A stretch of 64,000 nt of DNA from a virus (taxonomy: Duplodnaviria > Caudoviricetes): positions 32,001-96,000 of IMG/VR virus record IMGVR_UViG_3300032030_000030; one strand, 5' to 3'. The notes beneath the pieces are model-generated. The model was given only the letters and a program-made list of their open reading frames with translations. It was not told where the DNA came from and did no database searches. Position numbers and translations under genes: made by a program. Every line of letters begins with the position of its first letter. Positions within the stretch are counted from its first letter, which is position 1. Shown one piece after another: positions 27,162 through 38,173 of this stretch.

Positions 27162-27187
27162 TGCTTTTAAGCCGAATGTTTTAAGCA

Positions 27188-27195
27188 TATATTTG
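27188..27195 (+). promoter_or_regulatory. Bacteroidota -7 promoter element
   Basis: TATATTTG just upstream of portal. Confidence 0.55.
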
Positions 27196-27216
27196 CATTG
27201 TTAAAAGGAATTGAAT

Positions 27217-29649
27217 ATGAGCAGTTATGCTGGTCTTCCTCCACAACAGTTGCCGATGAGCAAGAAAGGAAAGGAGTGGAGGAAGAAACATTTGGATTGG
27301 GCTAATTCGAGGTCGTATTTTAATTACAGTCCTGTAAGGAAGTCGTTGGCTGCGATGAAGATAAACTATGATTTAGTCAACGGCATAATCCATATGAAGG
27401 ATATCGAACACGTACTCAACCCTAACGACATTGAGGGATGTTTTATCCCTAACAAAATACAGCACTACCCTATCATCAACTCAAAACTTGGAGTTCTTAG
27501 GGGAGAGGAAGCGAAAAGAAACTTTGATTTCAGGGTTGTTGTAACCAATCCAAACGCTGTTAGCGAAATTGAAAATAACAAAAAGAAGGAAGTCTTTGAG
27601 ATGCTTCAACAGTTCGTTCAGAATCAAGACATGAGCGATGATGAGGCTAATCAACAATTGACCGACATGGACAGGTATTACTCATACGAATGGCAGGATA
27701 TGCGAGAGGTAATGGGTAACGCCCTGTTAAATCATTATATAAAGGAACTTGACATCAAGACAAAGTTCAACGAAGGATTTATGGACGCGCTTACCGTCGG
27801 TGAAGAAATATATAGATGTGATATTGTAAGCGGCGAGCCAACGTTTGAAAGAATTAATCCAGAGAAAATAAGCATTTTCAGAAGCGGTACTTCTGACAAA
27901 GTAGAAGATGCCGACGTTATAATAATAGAAGACTATTTGCCTATAGGCAAGGTATATGATGAGTTTGGAGAGTCCTTGACAAAGAAAGATATGGAACATC
28001 TTGAAAAAGGGCTTTCAAGTTCGGAAGACGCAGATGAAATGGGTAATATTGACGAAAGGGATGGATTTGTCAATATGCACATGATTGGAGATACAATCGC
28101 TACTGACGATACATACTTTGACCCATATAATCTTTTTGGTGCAAACAATCCGAACAATCTTACTCCATTTGATATGGATGGGAATGTGAGGGTTCTACGT
28201 ATGTACTGGAAGTCAAGAAGAAGAATTAAAAAGGTAAAGTCATATGACCCTGAAACGGGTGAAGAACTCTACAATTTTTACAACGAAGACTACATTATAA
28301 ACGAAGACGCAGGCGAAGAAGAAACTGCGTTCTATATAAACGAAGCATGGGAAGGCACTCTTATCGGTAAGAGTATATACGTAAATATGCGTCCAAGACC
28401 AATCCAGTATAACAGACTTTCAAACCCTTCGATATGTCATTTTGGAATTGTAGGTACGATATACAACCGTAATGAATCCAAACCTTATTCCCTTGTGGAT
28501 ATGATGAAACCATACAGTTATATGTATGATGTCATATACGATAGATTGCTCAAGACGGTGGCAAACAACTGGGGTAAGATAATTCAGATGGACTTCGCCA
28601 AAATACCTGACGGATGGACACCTGAGCAATGGATGTACTGGGCTAAGGAAAACAGCATTGCTGTAATTGACTCGTTCAAGGAAGGCAACAAAGGCGCAGC
28701 TACAGGCAAGATATCTGGAGCATTAAATACAAATACTACAGGTGTGATAGACGCAGACCTCAGCCAGGCGATAATGGGCTACATTAACTTACTTGTACAA
28801 ACAAAGGATGAGATGGGAGAAATCTCAGGTATAAGTAAGCAAAGAGAGGGTCAAGTTTCAAACAGAGAAACCGTTGGTGGTGTTGAAAGGGCTACGCTGC
28901 AATCTTCGCATATAACTGAATGGTGGTTTACAAAACACGACAATACAAAGAAAAGATGTCTTGAAGTATTACTTGAAACGGCTAAAATCGCTATCAGGGG
29001 CAAAAGCAAGAAATTCTCATACATTCTTCCTGACTATGCCGTAAAGATGATGGATATAGACGGCAACCTTTTGTCTGAAAACGACTATGGCATCGTAGTA
29101 GATTCTGATGGTGTAGAACTCGACAAGGATAAACTCGAAGCAATTGTTCAGGCAGGCATACAGACACAATCTATGTTGATGTCTACCGCAATGAAGGCAC
29201 TTGGTTCTTCTTCATTGGCTGAGAAGCAAAGGATGATTGAACAGGATGAGCAAATGAGAATGCAACAGCAACAGCAGCAGCAACAAGCTCAGTTACAACA
29301 ACAGCAACAACAGGCTGAACTTCAATTACAGATGCAGCAGGCGCAAATGCAGTTACAGAACGAGATGAACATTAGGGATAATGAGACCAGGCTTCAAATC
29401 GCACAACTGCAAGCCGCAGTAAAAGCAGAACAGGAAATACCTGAAGAGTCTCAGATGACTGAAAAAGAAAGACTTGAAGCAAGTCTCAAGGAAAGAACAT
29501 TGGAAGAGAATAAAAGGCAATTCGATGAGAAGCAGAGGCTTGAGAGAGATAAGTTTAGTTTTGACAGAAGGAAAGCGGAAATCGACAAAGATTTGAAAGA
29601 GAAGCAAATTTCTGTTCAAAGAATGAAGAAAACTTCAAATAGTAATTAA
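27217..29649 (+). CDS. Portal protein
   Basis: Follows TerL; LPPQQLP..K...W, IQHYPII, GISKQREGQVSNRETVGGVER motifs; Q-rich C-terminal coil. Confidence 0.9.
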   Translation: MSSYAGLPPQQLPMSKKGKEWRKKHLDWANSRSYFNYSPVRKSLAAMKINYDLVNGIIHMKDIEHVLNPNDIEGCFIPNKIQHYPIINSKLGVLRGEEAKRNFDFRVVVTNPNAVSEIENNKKKEVFEMLQQFVQNQDMSDDEANQQLTDMDRYYSYEWQDMREVMGNALLNHYIKELDIKTKFNEGFMDALTVGEEIYRCDIVSGEPTFERINPEKISIFRSGTSDKVEDADVIIIEDYLPIGKVYDEFGESLTKKDMEHLEKGLSSSEDADEMGNIDERDGFVNMHMIGDTIATDDTYFDPYNLFGANNPNNLTPFDMDGNVRVLRMYWKSRRRIKKVKSYDPETGEELYNFYNEDYIINEDAGEEETAFYINEAWEGTLIGKSIYVNMRPRPIQYNRLSNPSICHFGIVGTIYNRNESKPYSLVDMMKPYSYMYDVIYDRLLKTVANNWGKIIQMDFAKIPDGWTPEQWMYWAKENSIAVIDSFKEGNKGAATGKISGALNTNTTGVIDADLSQAIMGYINLLVQTKDEMGEISGISKQREGQVSNRETVGGVERATLQSSHITEWWFTKHDNTKKRCLEVLLETAKIAIRGKSKKFSYILPDYAVKMMDIDGNLLSENDYGIVVDSDGVELDKDKLEAIVQAGIQTQSMLMSTAMKALGSSSLAEKQRMIEQDEQMRMQQQQQQQQAQLQQQQQQAELQLQMQQAQMQLQNEMNIRDNETRLQIAQLQAAVKAEQEIPEESQMTEKERLEASLKERTLEENKRQFDEKQRLERDKFSFDRRKAEIDKDLKEKQISVQRMKKTSNSN

Positions 29650-29651
29650 TT

Positions 29652-31712
29652 ATGGGCTATATAAAAAGACTTAAGGAGAACGAGCTTGTAGGTGGCACAT
29701 CTGAAACATTTGTCTATCCTATCACAGCAACAACAGCGGTTTATCACGATGGTGAACCGCTCAGTGATGTGATAACAAGGATGGACATAGAAAATATGCC
29801 TACCGTCGTAAACAATCAAGACGTTACTCTGCAATATGGAGAGAAGTCCATTGTGGCAGTTGTTGGAGAACAAGAGATAACAGTTACGATGCCGCCAGAG
29901 CCAGAGATTCCTGAGCCTGAACCATTGTCTGTCATCAATGGTAATCCTCAACTTGAATATGGCAAACAATCGACTGTTGCTACAATAGATGGAAAAAACA
30001 TCACAGTAACAATGCCGTCTGCTCCACAGCAAGAGACTGTTACAGTTGAAAATAAGAACGCAAATCTACAATATGGTTCTACTGCGACAGTGGCGACAAT
30101 CAACGGAGTTGACGTCAACGTTTCATTACCAGAACCTCCGCCATCGGAAGTGTCTATAGATGCTGTGGACATAGACGTTTACTCCTGGGGCGAACTTGAC
30201 GATTTCATTAATTGGAAGTTAAAAGAGAAGCCGACAGGAGGATATTCGTTCCTATATGCAGTAGGTTTGTCGTTGCATTACAATGGTACAGGAGTATTCA
30301 CAAGAATACATATCAGGGCTGATTTCGGCATAGAAACCGATTTTGAAAATGGAATGTTAAAAGCAATAGACACTCACAATTGCGAAATATATGGACATTC
30401 CCATACATTGTATATGTATAGAACTGTCAATGGCTCAAGGGTAAAAAGTATTTTGTCATTAAAGACTTCGTACTTGAAAATAGAGCAACTTCGTATGATG
30501 AGGCATCCTAACAAAACAGACGTAGACACAGATTCGATTGGAGGTTATATAAAAGTTGGATGCTTTGGTGATAGGACATATCTTGTGTTCAACAAGGTTG
30601 AGTTCTTGAATTTCCCAGTATGTAGCACCAAGCCTATTGCAGCAACAACAGACTCGGATGACATAGGTGTATTGCATCCAGACCCATTTACATTCATTAA
30701 GATTGAGGGTGGTATTTGGCGAAATGGTATAACAACAGGAACTGATTGGTCTGTGAAAATAGAAATGAACGAATGCCAATTTGTTGTGCATCCATTCAGA
30801 TTTAATTACACTGTATTGGATAATCCTTACAGGAATGCGATACTTGCTGCTGATTATAATGAATGCTATGCAAAAGTAATATACACAGGTTATGTAGGCT
30901 CGGTTCAGATGAGGATATATAATCAACAGGCTGGCTCGTCAAAGGTAGGAGATACTCTAAGGCAAACCATTGGATGCGGTAAAATTAGCCTCATCAAACA
31001 ATCTGATGGAGTGATTATACAAGACACGACATTATATTCTGATGGAACAGTAAAACTTTGTTCTGTTGATACAGATACGTTTGACTCTACACAGAATGGA
31101 TTGCTCGATAGGACAAAAAGACTTCGTATTTATTACGGTTTGACACCAGAGACTATCCTAAACATAGAGAATAATAATACTCCGCAAGAAGAAGAGGAGA
31201 CCCAACAGAACGATGGAGTTCCACAAGGTGTAATCGTAATGTGGAGTGGTTATAATGAAAACATACCAATAGGCTGGGCGTTATGTGATGGTCAGACTGT
31301 TGATGGCGTTAAGACTCCTGATTTAAGAGGCAAGTTTATATACGCGGCAGAAGAGAATAGGATTGGAGAACTTGGAGTTGTGGCTAACGCAGAAGGATGG
31401 CACACAGGAGAGCCATCTAACTCTACGTACAAAACGTCATTTACAATGTATGCCAGCGACTTACCACAACACACACACCCGTTAACTACTAATTCTACGT
31501 ATAAAGTTCCTGCTACAAATAAAGGTTTTGAAGATATTAAGAGTTCAGGGAATGGTGCTTGTGCTTGGGATAGCAATTATGGAGATAAGGATTTTGAACT
31601 GATAAACGCGACAAAAGTGAATACAGGTTGTGGTTCTACATCGAAGACATTTACGATTAACATACCGAAACCTTCGTTTTATACACTTGCGTTTATAATG
31701 AAAGTAGTATAA
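29652..31712 (+). CDS. Fibre protein with internal repeats and C-terminal tail-collar-like domain
   Basis: 3x LxYG..S/TxVA..xG..IxVxMP repeats; VPQGVIVMWSG..IPIGWALCDG..TPDLRGKFI. Confidence 0.75.
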   Translation: MGYIKRLKENELVGGTSETFVYPITATTAVYHDGEPLSDVITRMDIENMPTVVNNQDVTLQYGEKSIVAVVGEQEITVTMPPEPEIPEPEPLSVINGNPQLEYGKQSTVATIDGKNITVTMPSAPQQETVTVENKNANLQYGSTATVATINGVDVNVSLPEPPPSEVSIDAVDIDVYSWGELDDFINWKLKEKPTGGYSFLYAVGLSLHYNGTGVFTRIHIRADFGIETDFENGMLKAIDTHNCEIYGHSHTLYMYRTVNGSRVKSILSLKTSYLKIEQLRMMRHPNKTDVDTDSIGGYIKVGCFGDRTYLVFNKVEFLNFPVCSTKPIAATTDSDDIGVLHPDPFTFIKIEGGIWRNGITTGTDWSVKIEMNECQFVVHPFRFNYTVLDNPYRNAILAADYNECYAKVIYTGYVGSVQMRIYNQQAGSSKVGDTLRQTIGCGKISLIKQSDGVIIQDTTLYSDGTVKLCSVDTDTFDSTQNGLLDRTKRLRIYYGLTPETILNIENNNTPQEEEETQQNDGVPQGVIVMWSGYNENIPIGWALCDGQTVDGVKTPDLRGKFIYAAEENRIGELGVVANAEGWHTGEPSNSTYKTSFTMYASDLPQHTHPLTTNSTYKVPATNKGFEDIKSSGNGACAWDSNYGDKDFELINATKVNTGCGSTSKTFTINIPKPSFYTLAFIMKVV

Positions 31713-32101
31713 TGGAAAGAGAAAATTCAAGAGTAGCCTTTTGCTTAGGCGATAAGGTTATGTTCGGAGTCATTTCGGACAACATACCATATACAGCATT
31801 TAACGAATGTATGAAAGTTTACTTGTATAATTCCGTTAAATACTACGAGGTAGTAAAGGGTGAATATTGGATAGATGAAGAAGACCCGTATGTAATACAC
31901 GTAGCAATTCCTCCTGCAAAGACGGAGAAGATGTTACCTGGTGATTATGACCTTGTAATCAAAGGTTGCGTATATGACGTAATTGACAAGGCGGACATTG
32001 AAACCTCTGCAAGGATTATGAATGCAATAAGACTTGACTGGTCTCCTGCGAGGAAAGACCACTTTGCGAATGGAGTTGCTCCAATTTTAGAAAATGATTA
32101 A
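31712..32101 (+). CDS. Fibre-associated beta-sandwich protein
   Basis: IPPAKTEKMLPGDYDLVI pattern; between fibre genes. Confidence 0.5.
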   Translation: MERENSRVAFCLGDKVMFGVISDNIPYTAFNECMKVYLYNSVKYYEVVKGEYWIDEEDPYVIHVAIPPAKTEKMLPGDYDLVIKGCVYDVIDKADIETSARIMNAIRLDWSPARKDHFANGVAPILEND

Positions 32102-32112
32102 ATAACAATAAT

Positions 32113-34413
32113 ATGGCACAGAAAGAAAATATATACAGAGTAGGATTTGGAAGGATACGTCTTGGGTTTGACCAGAACGTAACTACATCCGACGGACTTA
32201 CGCCTGAGCAAGTGAACAACCTTATTGATGCCAAAGTTCCAGATTTGACTTTGAACAACGGTGGAGGTACTGTTCCATTTGCCACACTTAATGGTCAGAC
32301 ATATTATTTTCCGCCTACACCTAAGACTTATGACTCGGTTCTTCCGATAAAAAGGACTCCAGGGACATCAACAGATACATTCTCATTGATGTACGATACA
32401 GAAACTCTTGGAGTGCAGGATGGAAAGCTATATGCAAAGGCAAAGCCCGTAACATACGAGCTTCCATTAAAGGAAGAGAATGGTGTTGTGAAGGTAATAA
32501 TAGGAAACTCTATGACAAAAACATCTGGTTCGCTCAACATAAAAGTATCAGAAAACGACAAGTTGCTTTCTATTGATGGCAATGGGTTGAAGACTACTAT
32601 TAGTGTTGATGGTCCAGACGATGTTGATGGATATAGGGTATATACTATTAAAGGAAAGGCGAATGTATCACTCGGTACAATTTCATTCCCAATACAGGAA
32701 TTTGCAGACACGAAGATAGATACCTTGTCGTTTGATACTTCCACAAAGAAACTTACAATAGTAGATACTGCTGGTTCTACCTTTGAAACAACAGTACCAT
32801 ATAAGGATTATGTTCAAGGAGATGGCATTGATATTAATGGCAGTGCAATAAGCGTTAAATATGACGGCACAACCATAGTCAAAGATGCTACTACTGGCAA
32901 ACTCAAAAGTGTTACAAACATAAGTGGAACTGCACCTATTGTAGTTTCAGAAAACAATGTTATTGGATTTAACTACAACGAAAACCAATTCGCAGTAACT
33001 GAAGGAGTATTTGGCATTAAGGATAGTGTAATTCCAAACACATCGGCATTGACAACGAAAGTTACCAACATAGAAGGGGATATTACACAAATCAATACAA
33101 CGCTTGGAACAAAGGCAGATAAAACAGACCTTAGTGGTAAACTTGATATAGCACAACCTGATGTAACGGCAGGGAATTACCTCGTTGTAAAAGAGGTAGA
33201 TGGAGCCAAGAAGGTAACATTTGCACCATTCCCATTTGATGCCGAAGAGATTGATACTATCAAGAATCTTAGTAACATCCTCATATACAGAGGTGTTAAA
33301 TCTGCAATATCAGAACTTCCAGAGGCAAATGATTCTGAAACTGGGGATGTTTGGTTTGTTAACATTGGAACAACCGCAGAACCAAAGTACGCCGAATACG
33401 TATTCAATGGTGAAGTATGGGAGAAACTCGGAGACCACGAGCAGGTAGTGTATACAGGCGGAACAAATATTACAATAAATGGGACAGAAATTTCTTGCGA
33501 TATAGACCCGAATGATTTTGTTCAGGTTTCATCAATGGATGATTATTATACTAAAACGCAGACAGATAATAAGTTCCTTACAATTGATGATGCGGCTTCA
33601 ACATATTTAACAGGTCCTGCATATACGGCAGGCGCAAATGTAACTATTAGTAATGGAAGAGAAATTTCTGTAGACCTCGGTAATGCTATAAGTAGTCAGT
33701 TACAAAACTATTATACAAAGAGCGAGACGTACAGTCAAGCTGAAGTCGATAATATGATAAATGCAATTGAAGACCACGACACGACATATACGGCAGGCAC
33801 AGGCATTGATATTACAAACGGCGAAATCTCTTGTACGATAGAAAACACAGATACCACATATACTGGCGATGGAACAACGGTATTTATCGACAGCAACAAT
33901 GTAATATCTGCAAATATTCCGTCCGTACCTGATATGAGCAATTATTACACCAAAAGTCAGGTATACAACAAAACTGATATTGATACTAAGTTTGCTAATC
34001 TTGTGGACGACGATACAACTTATACAGCAGGAATAAACGTTCAGATTTCAAATGACAACGTAATCAGTGCAACAGACACAAAGTATACTGGAGACGGTAC
34101 AACTATCACAATTAGTAATCAGAATGTTATAAGTGCAAATCTTCCTGACACAAGCAATTTCGTAACAAGCTCTACGATAAGTTTGTTTAAGAATATAAGA
34201 ATAATGTCAGCAAGCAGCATTAGCAATAGTCTTAATAATATCAATACAACAGGTTGGACTGCGAACGACATATTAATTATAACAGATGTGCTTACGCAGT
34301 TGACATATTCTGTAAATGGCAATTCAAGAACCTGGTCTGGCCCGCTCGACTTTGACCTTATGTTTAGGTGGACAGGCACAGAGTTCAGACCTATGTTCTA
34401 TTCAGTACACTAA
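32113..34413 (+). CDS. Tail/head fibre protein
   Basis: Repeated YTAGxGIxIxNxxIS and YYTKSE/QxY..xExD units. Confidence 0.8.
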   Translation: MAQKENIYRVGFGRIRLGFDQNVTTSDGLTPEQVNNLIDAKVPDLTLNNGGGTVPFATLNGQTYYFPPTPKTYDSVLPIKRTPGTSTDTFSLMYDTETLGVQDGKLYAKAKPVTYELPLKEENGVVKVIIGNSMTKTSGSLNIKVSENDKLLSIDGNGLKTTISVDGPDDVDGYRVYTIKGKANVSLGTISFPIQEFADTKIDTLSFDTSTKKLTIVDTAGSTFETTVPYKDYVQGDGIDINGSAISVKYDGTTIVKDATTGKLKSVTNISGTAPIVVSENNVIGFNYNENQFAVTEGVFGIKDSVIPNTSALTTKVTNIEGDITQINTTLGTKADKTDLSGKLDIAQPDVTAGNYLVVKEVDGAKKVTFAPFPFDAEEIDTIKNLSNILIYRGVKSAISELPEANDSETGDVWFVNIGTTAEPKYAEYVFNGEVWEKLGDHEQVVYTGGTNITINGTEISCDIDPNDFVQVSSMDDYYTKTQTDNKFLTIDDAASTYLTGPAYTAGANVTISNGREISVDLGNAISSQLQNYYTKSETYSQAEVDNMINAIEDHDTTYTAGTGIDITNGEISCTIENTDTTYTGDGTTVFIDSNNVISANIPSVPDMSNYYTKSQVYNKTDIDTKFANLVDDDTTYTAGINVQISNDNVISATDTKYTGDGTTITISNQNVISANLPDTSNFVTSSTISLFKNIRIMSASSISNSLNNINTTGWTANDILIITDVLTQLTYSVNGNSRTWSGPLDFDLMFRWTGTEFRPMFYSVH

Positions 34414-34429
34414 TTAAAATTTTAAAGAA

Positions 34430-35050
34430 ATGATACAAACAATAGACCAGTTGAAAGCTGCATTTGGCGACGGTAAGTTTCCAACTCTTACAAATTGGGA
34501 AGATTTGATAGACACAATATTTGCACAAAATCAAACAAATATATACAGTTTTCACCAAAGCTGTTACGCATCAAGTGTTCCTTCGGTTATAGAACCTTCT
34601 GCTAACTCAGTTGTTGGCAATGTATATGATGGCAATCCGTTCAATCCATACGACCCAGTACCTGTAAGTACATTTATGTCTAACAAGTTTAACATCAAAA
34701 CATATGAGTATACTCTACCAAGCTCTCAGCAACAGGCAATAGGATATGAACCTTTTATTCTTATTATCCATAACAATGGTGTAATGTATGGCGGAGGTAA
34801 CCATAATACAGAAATGTATGTTTCTTGGACAGCAAAGGCACATGGAGAAGCATTCTATCTATCAGAAGCAAGCAGAGAGCCAAGATACTTTGAATATAAG
34901 AATGGTAAGTATGTGGCAAAACCACAAGTTGCAGTAATACCACTTGGCTGTAGCGTTGCTTTTTCTTATACAGAACTCAGTGGATTCCAGCCAATGGGCA
35001 ACTTTACGTCAATTGATTACGATACATTAATGAAACAGAACAGCAATTAA
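34430..35050 (+). CDS. Putative fibre/decoration protein A
   Basis: N-terminal LKAAFGDGKFPTLTNWEDLIDTI shared with next gene. Confidence 0.55.
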   Translation: MIQTIDQLKAAFGDGKFPTLTNWEDLIDTIFAQNQTNIYSFHQSCYASSVPSVIEPSANSVVGNVYDGNPFNPYDPVPVSTFMSNKFNIKTYEYTLPSSQQQAIGYEPFILIIHNNGVMYGGGNHNTEMYVSWTAKAHGEAFYLSEASREPRYFEYKNGKYVAKPQVAVIPLGCSVAFSYTELSGFQPMGNFTSIDYDTLMKQNSN

Positions 35051-35061
35051 AATTTAACAGT

Positions 35062-35844
35062 ATGACACAACAGGAAATAGACGCTTTGAAAGCACGATTC
35101 AAGGCAGGAGGATATCCAACTCAGCAAGATTTTGAAGCGTTGATTGACGCTATCACAAATGGTGGCAGCAGTTCGAGTACAAGCGCACCAACTGGGCCAA
35201 CTGTAATTCACGTAAACAATGTTTTGCGCGACAAGATTATATCTAATTACGAAACAAATGAAGGCGATTTTCCAGGCGAGTATGCAGGAGCTTCACTTTA
35301 TAATCCTTTTACAGCAACGGTAGTATCTGATATTATCAATGCGTATGAACAATTGAATAACGTAAGTCTCGAAGGCATCGATTCTGTTATAATCATCAAC
35401 GAATCGTGGGATTTCAAATATAATTACACATACGATGGAAGTTGGGGTATGACTGGCACGGGAGGATTTGACGGAAATCTTGGTAGCTATGGTGTAGAAA
35501 ACTCGAATGTTCCTATCTATATCAAAACGAAGTATGCTAATGTATTACCTTCTGATAGTATAGGTTCGTCGCTGACTGATGACGAAGGATATATGGCAGC
35601 TTCTAATAATCCAACAGAGTATGGAGCAAGCTATGATTCTTATGGTGGACATGACGCAGTTTATGAGATACAAGTAATACCTGACGGTAATGCAATGATG
35701 TTCGTAAAAAGAAATGCTTACACTGATAACCAAGGCAATTCAAATACAGTTGACTGGGTTCCAGTAAATAAAAATATCACTATTACCGAATACGAACTTG
35801 GAGAAATGGCGCAAGAGTTCAATTCAAATAACGCTACAACTTAG
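35062..35844 (+). CDS. Putative fibre/decoration protein B
   Basis: N-terminal LKARFKAGGYPTQQDFEALIDAI. Confidence 0.55.
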   Translation: MTQQEIDALKARFKAGGYPTQQDFEALIDAITNGGSSSSTSAPTGPTVIHVNNVLRDKIISNYETNEGDFPGEYAGASLYNPFTATVVSDIINAYEQLNNVSLEGIDSVIIINESWDFKYNYTYDGSWGMTGTGGFDGNLGSYGVENSNVPIYIKTKYANVLPSDSIGSSLTDDEGYMAASNNPTEYGASYDSYGGHDAVYEIQVIPDGNAMMFVKRNAYTDNQGNSNTVDWVPVNKNITITEYELGEMAQEFNSNNATT

Positions 35845-35864
35845 TATAATCATCAGAAGGTAAA

Positions 35865-36635
35865 ATGGAAAAGAAATATTATCTAAGCGAATGTCTTATA
35901 ATAAGAGATGAAAATCAATACTTGCTTGAACATCTTACCAAAGGTGTTCAGGCTGGTATTGAACATTTCTACATATATGACAATATGAGTGAAGTGGCTG
36001 TATCTGACTATTTACACGGCACAGAACTATCTGATTATTGCACTGTCGAAACATTCCCTTCGACAGACAGAACTCAATACGATTGTTATAAAAAATTTGT
36101 CAAAGACCATAGACAAGATACAATGTGGTGCGCATTTATAGACACCGATGAAATGTTTGAAGGCAACCTAATTGACTTTTGTAAAAGACACGAAGATATT
36201 ATATGTCTAAGATTTCAACAAGTCATGCACGGTGCTAATGGTCAGGCTTATGCAGATTATAGCAAAACACTAACAGAGAGGTTTCAAGACCATATAATCA
36301 CTGGATTTTCGTACTATAAATGTGTGGTTCAAATGGAGTACATATTAGCACAGTTGCCGCATTTTTCATATGTACAATCCAACACCATACCTATGCAAAA
36401 GTGGCTAATGAACATACCTATGTTTAATCAGGAGTGTCAACTCCACCACTATATTTTTAAGTCATTTGAAGAATGGCTAAAAAAGAGTTTGAGAGGGAAT
36501 GTATTGTCTATCAAAGGACACCAAATCAAAAATTTCTTTTTGGAGAATACGATACCAGACAAAGACAGAGATGCTCTTTTGAAAAAATACAATGTGTCGT
36601 TAGACGATGTAATGGGTTATCAAGAAAGGAGGTAG
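35865..36635 (+). CDS. GT-A fold glycosyltransferase (GT92/GT2-like)
   Basis: CLIIRDENQYL.E..GIEHFYIYDNMS..WCAFIDTDEMF..LHHY. Confidence 0.85.
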   Translation: MEKKYYLSECLIIRDENQYLLEHLTKGVQAGIEHFYIYDNMSEVAVSDYLHGTELSDYCTVETFPSTDRTQYDCYKKFVKDHRQDTMWCAFIDTDEMFEGNLIDFCKRHEDIICLRFQQVMHGANGQAYADYSKTLTERFQDHIITGFSYYKCVVQMEYILAQLPHFSYVQSNTIPMQKWLMNIPMFNQECQLHHYIFKSFEEWLKKSLRGNVLSIKGHQIKNFFLENTIPDKDRDALLKKYNVSLDDVMGYQERR

Positions 36636-36637
36636 AT

Positions 36638-37342
36638 ATGATTCCAAAGGTTATACACTATTGTTGGTTCGGAAATAACGAGCCACCTAAAATAGTCGAT
36701 AAGTGTATTGAGTCTTGGACGAAGATACTACCTGGCTATGAAATAAGAAAATGGGATGAAAGTAATTACGATGTAAACAAAACATCATTTACAGAAGAAG
36801 CGTATATTTACAGAAATTTTGCATTTGTATCTGACTATGCAAGATGGGATATACTCTACAATTATGGCGGTGTATATCTTGACACTGACGTTTTGCTCAT
36901 AAAAGATATAACACCATTATTGGAGAAAGGTAATTTTGGAGGCGCAAATCTTGGAGGCGGCTTTGCTTCTGGTCTTATTGTTGCCTTGGAACCCAAGTCT
37001 ACGATTGCAAAAGAAATGATGGAGGTGTATGAAAACGCAAGTTTCACATATCATAGAGGACAGCCTCACTTTGTAAACTGTGTAAAGAGAGAAACGGAGT
37101 TATTGTCAACGCATGGCTTTGATATAAATCTAAAAGAGAAGCAGGAAGTTGCTGGTATGACTATATATCCATCAGAGTATTTTAGCCCTTATAATCCTCA
37201 TACAGGAGAAACTAAAATTACTGATAATACTTACGCCATTCATCAATATACGGGAACTTGGATGCCATCTTGGTTGCTCAAAACGGTTATGGCTAACAAT
37301 ATAAATACAAGAAAGCATTACGAAAATATTTATGATGAGTAA
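36638..37342 (+). CDS. GT32 (DxD, Och1-like) glycosyltransferase
   Basis: MIPKVIHYCWFG..AFVSDYARWDILYNYGGVYLDTDV..IYPSEYF..YAIHQYTGTW. Confidence 0.92.
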   Translation: MIPKVIHYCWFGNNEPPKIVDKCIESWTKILPGYEIRKWDESNYDVNKTSFTEEAYIYRNFAFVSDYARWDILYNYGGVYLDTDVLLIKDITPLLEKGNFGGANLGGGFASGLIVALEPKSTIAKEMMEVYENASFTYHRGQPHFVNCVKRETELLSTHGFDINLKEKQEVAGMTIYPSEYFSPYNPHTGETKITDNTYAIHQYTGTWMPSWLLKTVMANNINTRKHYENIYDE

Positions 37343-38138
37343 AACATTAATAGTAGGTTATGGTACAACTGGCAAAAACCTACACAGAGAAATAGCCGCA
37401 CTCAAACCAGATACGTGCGACTTGAAATTCAAAGAAAATTACGGAACAACTACACCACTTCGTAAGCATGAGAACTACGACATCATATTTATATGCGTAG
37501 ACACACCGTATGTAAACAACGAAAATCCTTGCGATTTAAGCGCGATTGAAACCGTAATAAAGGAATGGAAGGGTTCACTTGTAAATGACGGCGTATTCGT
37601 CATAAAAAGCACCATTCTGCCAGGAACAGCACGTTGCCTTGAATATGAGTTCAATGTAAACATCGTGGTATCGCCAGAATATTATGGCAACACGTACCAC
37701 TGCAATAACTTTGATTTTAACTTTACCATTCTTGGTGGAAGTAAATCGGATTGTATAGCCGTGCAACAGGCACTACAACATTGTTACGACGCAAGACATC
37801 AATTTAAAATTGTAGACCATGACACAGCAGAATTAGTGAAATACATGGAAAATAGTTGGCTTGCTACAAAAGTAGCGTTCTGTTCACAATTTGCCTTACT
37901 TGCCGAACACTGTGGAGTTGACTATGAAAGTTTGAGGGAACTTTTTATTCTTGACCCAAGGGTAAATCCAAGCCATACTTTCATCGACAGAGATGAACCG
38001 TACTGGGATTCTCACTGCCTTAACAAAGATGTAAGAGCAATTGCGGAAACGTATAATGCTGATTTCCTGAATGATATGATTAAATTCAATGAAAACCGTA
38101 AAAAGAAAACTAATTTGGAGTTATATGTAGCCAAGTAA
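37332..38138 (+). CDS. UDP-glucose/GDP-mannose dehydrogenase family protein, short form
   Basis: IVGYGTTG, IFICVDTP, IKSTILPGT, SPEY, AELVKYMENSWLATKV, CLNKD. Confidence 0.85.
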   Translation: MMSKTLIVGYGTTGKNLHREIAALKPDTCDLKFKENYGTTTPLRKHENYDIIFICVDTPYVNNENPCDLSAIETVIKEWKGSLVNDGVFVIKSTILPGTARCLEYEFNVNIVVSPEYYGNTYHCNNFDFNFTILGGSKSDCIAVQQALQHCYDARHQFKIVDHDTAELVKYMENSWLATKVAFCSQFALLAEHCGVDYESLRELFILDPRVNPSHTFIDRDEPYWDSHCLNKDVRAIAETYNADFLNDMIKFNENRKKKTNLELYVAK

Positions 38139-38173
38139 ATTTTATACGTATGATTCGATAAATTACTTACGGG

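Noticed and set aside
29260-29360. Poly-Q tract in portal as a special repeat element
   Set aside because: Mixed CAA/CAG codons within an ordinary C-terminal coiled coil.
29652-35844. Diversity-generating retroelement or invertible fibre cassette
   Set aside because: No reverse transcriptase or recombinase, and no TR/VR pair noticed.
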